NCBI GenBank assembly: GCA_947165005.1
Contig: CAMUYN010000004.1
Coordinates: 1,927 to 65,926, forward strand
DNA from: an uncultured Bacillota bacterium
GTDB taxonomy: Bacteria; Bacillota_I; Bacilli_A; RF39; UBA660
Reading direction: 5' to 3'
Length of the DNA stretch: 64,000 nt
The notes beneath the pieces were generated by a model. The model saw nothing but the letters and a program-made list of their open reading frames with translations, had not been told where the DNA came from and ran no database searches. Each line of letters begins with the position of its first letter. Position 1 is the stretch's first letter. This document shows positions 34,877 through 44,900 of this stretch, in pieces. The position numbers and the translations under genes are program-made.

Positions 34877-35851
34877 ATGGAAAAAAATAAAAAACTGTTA
34901 TTAATATCTAGTATAGCAATGATTTTTTATGTTGTACCTAGTTTAATATTTACTCTTATAAATGGAATGGGTAATAATTTGTTTATAAAAATCTATAATA
35001 TTTCTATGTTTAGTTTATCAATAATAGGGATAATTTTATTCATGATTTATGCTTTTAGTAAAAAGAATATCAATAGAGGATTAGAATTTATAATATCAAT
35101 TATCTTTTTCCTAATGAATATTATTTCTGGAGTATTAGGTTTCATTTACTTTAAAAGAACAAGTACATATAAAATGAGGGAATTACCTAAATTAGAAATA
35201 TTATATAATCATAAAAAAATAGTATATATAATAGTATTTTTAATAAGTATGGTGTTTATATTTGTTATTCCAAGTATACTAGAGGGTAAAATTATTGGAA
35301 TAATACTAGATATTATTGTATTAGCAATGATGATTTTGATTTTTTATAAAGACTTAAAAAGAGATTTTAAGTATTTTAAAGAATACTTTAGAGAGTATAA
35401 TTCCTATGTCTTTAAAATGTTTGGAATATCTCTTGCAGTTATACTTGTATTATCTGTGTTTATAAGAATTTATACAGGTATTGATAATGCTACAAATCAA
35501 ACAAATTTGATGAAAACAATGGATAAAATGCCAATATACTTAGTTTTACTTGCCTGTGTTTATGCACCTTTTGTAGAAGAATTATTATTCAGAGGTTTAT
35601 TTAGAAAAATATTTAATAATAAATGGGTATTTATTATCGTATGTGGTGTAGTTTTCGGCGCATTACATGTTATTGATGATTTTCAAAGTATAAAAGAATT
35701 ATTATACATATTACTATATAGTTCACTTGGTATGTTTTTATCAGCAGTATACTATAAAACTAATAATTTGTTCTGTAATATTTATTTTCATATATTACAA
35801 AATTCATTAGCTCTAATAGGTATGATATTGTTAAAATTATTAGGTATGTAA
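34877..35851 (+). CDS. CPBP-family intramembrane glutamic endopeptidase (CAAX/Abi-like) with extended N-terminal multi-pass region
   Basis: Motifs EELLFRG, FGALH and HILQN in the C-terminal third, with about 8 hydrophobic helices. TGcTATAAT at 34849..34857. ATG 34877 follows GGAGGT. Confidence 0.8.
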   Translation: MEKNKKLLLISSIAMIFYVVPSLIFTLINGMGNNLFIKIYNISMFSLSIIGIILFMIYAFSKKNINRGLEFIISIIFFLMNIISGVLGFIYFKRTSTYKMRELPKLEILYNHKKIVYIIVFLISMVFIFVIPSILEGKIIGIILDIIVLAMMILIFYKDLKRDFKYFKEYFREYNSYVFKMFGISLAVILVLSVFIRIYTGIDNATNQTNLMKTMDKMPIYLVLLACVYAPFVEELLFRGLFRKIFNNKWVFIIVCGVVFGALHVIDDFQSIKELLYILLYSSLGMFLSAVYYKTNNLFCNIYFHILQNSLALIGMILLKLLGM

Positions 35852-35878
35852 ATTAACTAGAAATAGTTAATTTTTTTT
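35851..35878 (+). terminator. Rho-independent terminator
   Basis: Stem aattaacta/tagttaatt, loop gaaa, then T8. Confidence 0.75.
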
Positions 35879-35888
35879 ATTAAAATCC

Positions 35889-35917
35889 TTGTTAAAAATC
35901 TATAAAAATTGTATAAT
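35889..35917 (+). promoter_or_regulatory. Candidate promoter of the 3798-aa gene
   Basis: TTGTTA (35889..35894), a 17-nt spacer, then TATAAT (35912..35917). Confidence 0.5.
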
Positions 35918-35956
35918 ATAATTACTATATAATAAACAATAATAGAGGATATCTAT

Positions 35957-38900
35957 ATGAAGAATTTTAGTAAGAAAAGAATTTTTGCTCTATTTGGATT
36001 TATGATGCTTGTAATAATTGCTACAGGCGTTTTTATAGTTTTTAAGTATGACAAATATAAAGGTTTAATTAACATTAAATCATCAGAACTAAAATTATTA
36101 TCTGATGTTTCATTAGCTACAAATATTCATGGTACTGATGAGGTCAATTATGAAGTTAAATATACATTAGACAAAATTGATGGAGTTAAAAAAAGAGATG
36201 TAGTTTTAAAGGGTGAACTAAAATCAGAGTATGCTAGATTCAAGGGTACTAATAATTCTAAAATAACTTCTGAAGTAACTAATGATGGCAAAAATATAGT
36301 AATGACTATTAAGGATGTACCACTTGGTAAAGAACAAACTGTTAAATTTAAAATAAATGTATTAAATGCACCAAATAAGGAAGAAATAAAACCAATAATT
36401 GATATAAAAGAATCAACTGGAGAATATGCAAGATTAGATACTGATACTTTAACTGTAGAAACTAATAGTGTTGAAGGCGTTGTATATGACGAAAATAATT
36501 TGAAAGTTAAAAATATTGAGTTAAGTATTCTTAAAGATGATAAAGAAGTAAAAAGAACTTATACTAATACAGAAGGCAGATTTATATTTAGTGATCTAGA
36601 AGAAGGAAACTATACAGTAAGAGTAGAAGAAGATATCTATGAATTATCATCTGATTCAAGAACAACAGAAAATAATGAAAATTTAATTTTAAAAGTTAAT
36701 GAAGCAGATAAATTCAATATAGAGATTCATAAATATATTAGTAATTTAAAACTAGTAGTTGATGGTAAAGAGAATAATTATTCTTATGATGATGTAGATA
36801 AAGTAGTTAGATCAATTAAAAAGTTTAACAATGTATCTGGTGAAATAGAATATAAATTAGTAGTAAAAAATAACAGTGATAAAAATACTAAGATAAAAGA
36901 ATTAGTAGATAGTTTAGGAGAAGGGCTATCATTTGATAAATCAAAAAATCCTGGATGGGAAGTAATAGATAACAAGATTAAATTTCTTCCGGTAGAAGAC
37001 GTTATATTATCTCCTTATGAAAAAAGAGAATATAAAATAACTATAGATATTGTAAATACTAAAGAGTTAAAAACTTATATTAATAAACTAACTACTAAGG
37101 GTGAAATTAATAACAAAGTAGTATTTATACTAGATGGCAAAGAAATAAGAAATATAAATGTTATCGAAGGAAATAAAATAACTAAACCTGAATTAGATAA
37201 AGAAATTATTTGGTATACAGACATAAATAAAACAAATCAATATAATTTTAATAATTCAGTTACTAAAGATTTAATATTATATGGGGATTATGTTAAAGAG
37301 GAACCAGATCCAGATCCAATTATTAATGTTTATACTGTAACATATTTGGATCAAGGTAATTTATTCTATGAAGAAGAAGTAGAAGAAAATAGTCATGCTG
37401 AAGGAATAACTGATATACCAGCAAAACCACATAATATATTTATTGGTTGGTATTTAAATGATTCATTATTTGACTTTGATACATTAATCGCTGAAGATAT
37501 AACTTTAGAAAGCAAATATGAAGAGGTTGAAGCACCATCAATCAATCGTACCCCAGATGGATGGACTAATAACGGTTTAATAGTTTCAATATCATCTGAT
37601 CATGACGATTATACATATATGTATAAAATAGGTGATGGTAATTATACTTTGTATACTGGACCATTTGCTTTAAACGAAAATGATACAATATATGCATATT
37701 CAATAAAGAATGGTATAACATCGTTAGAAACAACACTTGTTATAGACACTATTGATAAAATTAATCCAACTATAGTAGATAGTGAAATAACTAATATTAC
37801 ACCAATTAGTGCCAGATTAAATTTAAGTATACTTGATGAACAATCTGGATTAGATAAATATAGAGTATATATTGATAATGTATTAGTATTTGAATCATTA
37901 TCATATGTTACTAATCCAAACGATGAAAAGAATGAAACATATTTTATATCTAATTTAGATGAATTAAATACATATGTTATTAAATTAGAAGTAATAGATA
38001 AAGTAGGTAATAAAACTTCTTATGAGCATAATATAGATACACCTTCTAAACATTATGTAGCAAGAGTATTAAATTATAATTTAGAAGAAATACAAAAATT
38101 TGAATCATTAAATGAAGCAATTACTAGTGACTTATGTTTATCTAGCTGTTATATTGAAATGATTGATAATGTTATAGAAAGTAATATAATTGGGCAAAAT
38201 CAAAATATAACAATCGATCTAAATGGTAAAGTAATTACAGGTGAGAATAATTATGCACTTTATAATAATGGAAAATTAAATATAATTGATTTAAATGAAA
38301 ACTATGTAGGAAAAGTATATTCAGATAATATTGCTATTATCAATGATGGTACTTTGATAGTTGGTATAAATGAAGAAGAACCTGATGTATCAGATACACA
38401 ACCAATAATTGAAGGGAATACTTCTGGTATAAAAAATAACAGTATTTTAGATTATTATGATGGGCATATTATTGGTAATGTTCCAGTAGATGGACTTGTA
38501 ACTGAAACACCATTCTTACATAATACTCAAATAGTTGAAACTTCTGGTGGTAAACCAGAGACAAAATTAAATAAAGTTGCAGATGCTGTCGCTAGACTTA
38601 ATTCTGTTTATTATACTGAAGCACAAGCTGCTATTGATAAATCGCTAAAAGGTTATGAAGATGAAGTAGATTATACAAGACCTTTAATTGAACAATTAAG
38701 AAGTGATGATAACTATAGATTTATCTATGATGAAAAAGCACATTGCGTTGTTAATGATAATAAATATTCGAGTAATACATTAGCACATTCATATATTAAA
38801 CTTGATTTAACAAATTATACAGATAGTCAGATGCTAACTATTAATGCAGAAATAGATAATAATGGTAATTCATCTTCATATGGATATGTAACAATTACAG

Positions 38901-41900
38901 AAAGTATAGATACCCCTTTATATAATCAAACTGAAGGAAGATTAATATATATCAAAGGTAAAGTTTCAGCAAAAGATTATTCAACATTGCTTCAAAAAGG
39001 TAAAGTTTATTATATTCATATTGGATATAGAAAAGATAGTAATAATAGTGTTTCTACTGATACATTTAGGGTTAATAAAATTACTTTAGGTAATTTTGAG
39101 TCTGCTTCATTTTCTAATCTTGATGAAGTAATTATGTATAATGATTCATCCTATTACTTTGAAAAAGATGAAAATGATTACTATGTAAGTAATAATACAG
39201 GAATTCATTCTTCTACTGCTCATTCATATTTTGTTGTAGATTTAACAAATGTAAATGAAGATAAATACATAGTAATGAATGCAAAAATTTCTTCACAAAG
39301 CAGTGATTATGGATATATTACAGTAAATAATAATATTAACTTACCACCAGTTACAAATTCTGCTGGTAGACAAGTATATATAAGCGGAGAGCAAACTAAC
39401 AAACAATATATTATAAAATTATATAGGAATCAAATAAATGTAGTTCATTTATGTTACTATAAAAATGGAAATACTAATACTGGAGAAGATAAATTTACAA
39501 TCACATCTATTACACCATATGCTAACAATGCTGGATATTATGATGATGTTGAAATGGTTAATAATGGTACTTATTATTTTGAAAGACAAGAAGATGGAAG
39601 TTATAAAAATAATAATAAAGGTGTTAAGAGTAGTGTAGCTAATTCATATATGTTATTTGATTTAACAAATGAATTAGAAGATTTAGTAGTAACCATTGAT
39701 GTTACTATCAGTAGTGAAAATTCTGATAAAGGGTATATAACTATTACAGATAATCCAATTGCACCATTATATAGTTCGGCTACTGGAAGAATATATTTTT
39801 CGGGAGGTAATACTACTACTACAGTTCTTCAAACTACATTAAGTGCAGGTAAAAAGAATTATATTCATTTTGGATATAGAAAAGATAGTTCAATTGATTC
39901 TTATAATGATGAATTTACAATAAATTCATTAAAGATTCTTAATCCATGTACTATGGATAATATAGATTTTATAACAACGAAGACTGATAATCATTCTAGC
40001 AGTGAAACAATACCAGTATTAAATCAAAAGGTTGAAACAGTAGAACTTGTAAAAGATGTAACATTATCACAACCACTTGAAATTGTTAGTACAAGAGATG
40101 TTATTTTAGATTTAAATGGTAAGTCTTTAACTACATCAGCTGAAAGTGAAGTTATTAACAATAAAGGAAGTTTAAAAATAATAGATACTGATTTTGATAG
40201 AAGAAAAACTATTAATATCGAATACAAAACAGAACAAGCAAGATTATTTGAACAAGCAAGAGAAAAGTATTTAGCTGATGTAGAAGAATATGAAGAATAT
40301 GCCGGATTATGCGATGGATGTGAACCAAGTGAAGAATATTTGGTTGATCAGACAATAAAACAAGAAATAGAATATAGTGGTGGTGAATTTGTATATACTC
40401 CGCATTATACTGGTAGTTATAAACTAGAAGTATGGGGTGCTCAAGGTGGCTCTGCAACTTATAATAATACAACTGCAACTGGTGGATATGGCGGATATTC
40501 TAAAGGCATAGTTACACTAACTGAAGGTGCACCAATATACATTAATGTTGGAGGACAAGGTGTTAATAACTCAGATGGAGATGCTCCTGGCGGATATAAT
40601 GGAGGGGGAGCATGTTCTAAAGATAACTATGGTATTGGAGGATCTGGTGGGGGAGCTACTCATGTTGCTACAAAGTCAGGTTTACTTTCAACATTAAATA
40701 ATGATGTAGACAAAATCTTAATTGTTGCTGGTGGAGGAGCCGGTAGTGGAAGAGAGTATTCTAACCGTTCAGCCATTGGTGGTAATGGTGGAGGCTTTGA
40801 AGGAAATAAAGGTATAAACTCAAAGGATAATCCTGGAATAGGAGGAACACAAACTTCTGGTGGTGCCTTTGGTAAAGGACCAGACTACGGTGGCTGGTAT
40901 GCATCACCTGGTGGTGGATTCTACGGAGGAACTGCAGGCTGCGGAAGTGGTGGTGGTTCTGGTTATATTGGTAATCAATTGTTAACCGATAAAGAAATGA
41001 ACTGCTACGAATGTAAAGAATCTAATGAGGAATCTACAAAGACTGTATCAAATACATGTGTTAATGATGATCCTATAGAAAATTGTTCAAAGATAGGTAA
41101 TGGCTATGCTAAAATATCGATGGTATTAACTGACGAAGAGATAGAAGAAATGAAGAAGAATTTACCTAAAACCTATAACATTAAAACAATGCCTGTGTTT
41201 AAAGATTATTTAACTGAAATTGATTTTGATGATTCAATTGATATTGATGAAATAACAGTTGATTCAGAAGTTAGTTATAATAATAAAGTTGAAGAGAGCG
41301 TACAAGGTAATGTTTATAGTACAACATATAGTGTTATTTTAAATAATTATGGTGCATACTTAAATATCGAAAGTGGTAATGTAACATTAGATAAATCAGG
41401 ATATTACCATGCAATCAATAACAAGGGTAAATTAACACTAGGTGAAAATGCATATGTTAAAGCATTACAAAAAAATAATAGAGGTATATATAATAATGAA
41501 TCTGGAGATATTTTAGATGGATCAGGAACAATAACTACTGAAGGAGCAGATAGCATTGGTATATTAAATGACTCTGTTAATGATGACAAGATTAAAGGGT
41601 ACACTATTAAGAACACGCAAAGTACATCATATAATTTTTATAATCAAAATTATCATGTATTAGAATTAGATGGAATAACTACTAGTGGACCTGGTACTGA
41701 TATATATCAAAATGCAGATAGTGATTTAACAATTAAAAATAGTAAGCTTGGTAGTAATAATAGTAATAGTTATTCATTCTATTCTAATGAATCAAGCATA
41801 GAAAGCATTATTACATTTAATAATTGTAATGTATTAAATGAAATAAGGAATAGGCAAAATTCATATAGAAAAATAAATATAATTAATTCAAGCTTAATAT

Positions 41901-44900
41901 CTACAAGTAATAAGAAAAATATCTATAACTATAATGGAGAGATAACATTAAATAATACAATTATAATTAATAGATCAAATAATGTAAGCAGTATTGATAA
42001 TAATTCACGTTATAGACCTAACGGTTGGGCTGCACCAGTACCTTCAATTGAAAATTATGGTATTATTAATATTTCTGGTGGTTCAATTAATACAGAAGTT
42101 GCTAAAAATAGTAATTATTCTTTTATAGGTATAGCTAATCTTACCGGTGGAACAGTCAATATAAATGGGACATTTGAAATAAAGGATTCTCATGATAATG
42201 GTATTTTAAACTATGGAACTTTAACACTTGGTAATAATTCTGATTCAGTTACTTTAAATCCAATAATTAAAGGTAAAACAAGTGCAATATATAATGCTGT
42301 TTCTTCAACATTTAATTATTATGATGGAACATTAGTTGGTTCGTTATCAAAAACTCTTGATGGAATAGTAACTAGTATCCCAGATAATTATGATTTATAT
42401 GTTACAGCAGAAGATAATAAAGAAACAATAGTCTTAAAATCTTATATAGATATGATTGCTGATGAAGAATATGTTGCTGCAATAGGTATGGATAAATATG
42501 TATCAATCCAAAGTGCTATTGATTCAGTTAGTGAATCAAATAATCCTACTGAAATTACATTATTAAGAAATATCGAAACCGCAGTTAATAATAATATTCC
42601 GATTGGTAAAAACATTTCTGTTAATCAGAAGAATCATTTTATTAAATCACATAATACTAGTTCATGCTTTACTAATAATGGAACATTTGAATTAACTGAT
42701 GATACTAATAATCCAAATTATGAAAATATAACTTTTAGTAATTTGATAATAAATAATGGAACAGCAAACTATAGCAATATTAAATCCAAGATTATAACAA
42801 CTAACAAAATTATTCATAATAGTGCTGGAGCAACTATGAATATTTCTAATGGAGAAATATATTCGACAATGTATAAAATAATAAGTAATTCTGGATATAT
42901 GAATATAATTGATACCAAGATGAGTGGGAATGCATATAGTACTTCTCAGCAAGATTTACTTATTAATAATTCTAACGGATCTATGGTTTTAACAAGATGT
43001 GATATAAAATATACATATAGAGGACCTACAATTTCAAATTATGGAAATTTAGAAATTTATGATTCAACAGCATTATTAACTGGAGATTTTAGTGCTACAA
43101 CAGTATTTGTATATAATGCATCAAGTGGTTATACTAAGATCGAAGGCGGTAACTATGGTGCCTCAAATTCTAGTAATAATAAAAAAGGGACATTAATTTC
43201 TAATGCTTCAGGAGAATCATTATTAAAAAATGTTACATCTAATTTTAATAGAATTGCATATGTATCTGGTGGAACAACAAATATTCAAAACGGTACTTAT
43301 AATTGTGCAGGAACAAAAACAATTGAAACTGCTGGAGGAACAATAAATATTACTGGTGCTGCAATCAATAATTCATCTGGTGGCGGAGGCAATGACGGAT
43401 TAATATATACTACAAAAACTAGTACTATTAATATTACTAATACAAATATAAACCAAACAAGTTCAAATACATCTAATGATTATTTGATTTATCCAATTGG
43501 TTCTGATAACGAATCTGTTATTACAATTACAAATAGTACATTAATTTCTAATTATTACACTGTTTATTTGGCATCAGGTAGTAATGCAAATATAACACTA
43601 GATATAATATCAGGGACATTGAAATCTAATAATAAAAATGCAATATATATAGTAAGTGGCACACCAACAATTAATATAGGTGTAAAGGATGGAGATGTAA
43701 GTACTCAAAATCCTCAAATAATTGGTAAAACATATGGAATATATAATGGTGTAACTAACACTACTATTAATTTCTATGATGGAGTAATAAGTGGTGAAAC
43801 AGCTATATATGGTAAAATGTCAGAATTTGAAGATGGATATGATATAGTCTTAAATACAGTAGATAATATAGAGTATAAAACACTAGGTCTATTACCATTG
43901 ATAAAGAATATAGATAAAGATACAACGCATTATACACTTTATGATGCACTTGATAAAGCAAGTAATAATGATAGATTAGAATTACTAAGAGAATATACAT
44001 CATCACCAGCAGTTTCTGTAGTAGAAAATAATAAGATATTAACACTTGATTTAAAAGGACATAAAATACAGCAAAATAATACTAATTTATTAATAAATAA
44101 TGGCACTTTAACAATTAAATCTACTGAAGATGGAGGAATGATTGAATCAAATTCAAGTGAAGCAATTATTAATAATGGAACATTAAATATCGAAAGCGGT
44201 AAATTTAATCAAACTACAACTAACTATATATTAAAGAATAATGAAGGTGCTACATTAAATATTAATGATGGAGATATAAGTACAACTAAAACTAGAGCGA
44301 TAGATAATTATGGATATTTAAATGTTAACTCTGGTAATATTTATTCTACTGATAATAATATATCTATGGGTGATTCGACAATAAGCTTAATTAAGAATTC
44401 ATCAACTGGTGAAATTGTGTTAGATGGTGGAACAATTACTTATTCTGGTAGAGGATCAGCCATAAATAATTCTGGTACAGTAGAATCAAATAATCCTACA
44501 GTAAATTTATATGGTTATACATCTGGATGGGTTTCTTTAACTCCATATATTACTAATAATTCATCAGGATATGTAGAAATCACAGGTGGTAATTATGGTA
44601 AAACAGCAAATAATGGAATATTAATAGTAAATGCTGGAGAGGCAGAAGTTACTAATGCAGATAGTGATTTACAGAAATTATTAACCAATACAGGAACATT
44701 AACTGTAACTGGTGGTGATTATACCTTTGGTTATAAGTATCTTAATGGGAATCGCCATTATATAATAGCTTCTGGTGGAACACTTGATCTAAGTAATATA
44801 AAAATAACATTTGAAAATACGGGTACAAGCAATACATTCGGTGATTATATTATAATCTATAATGATGCTGAAGTAACAATTACTAATTCTATAATTAAAA

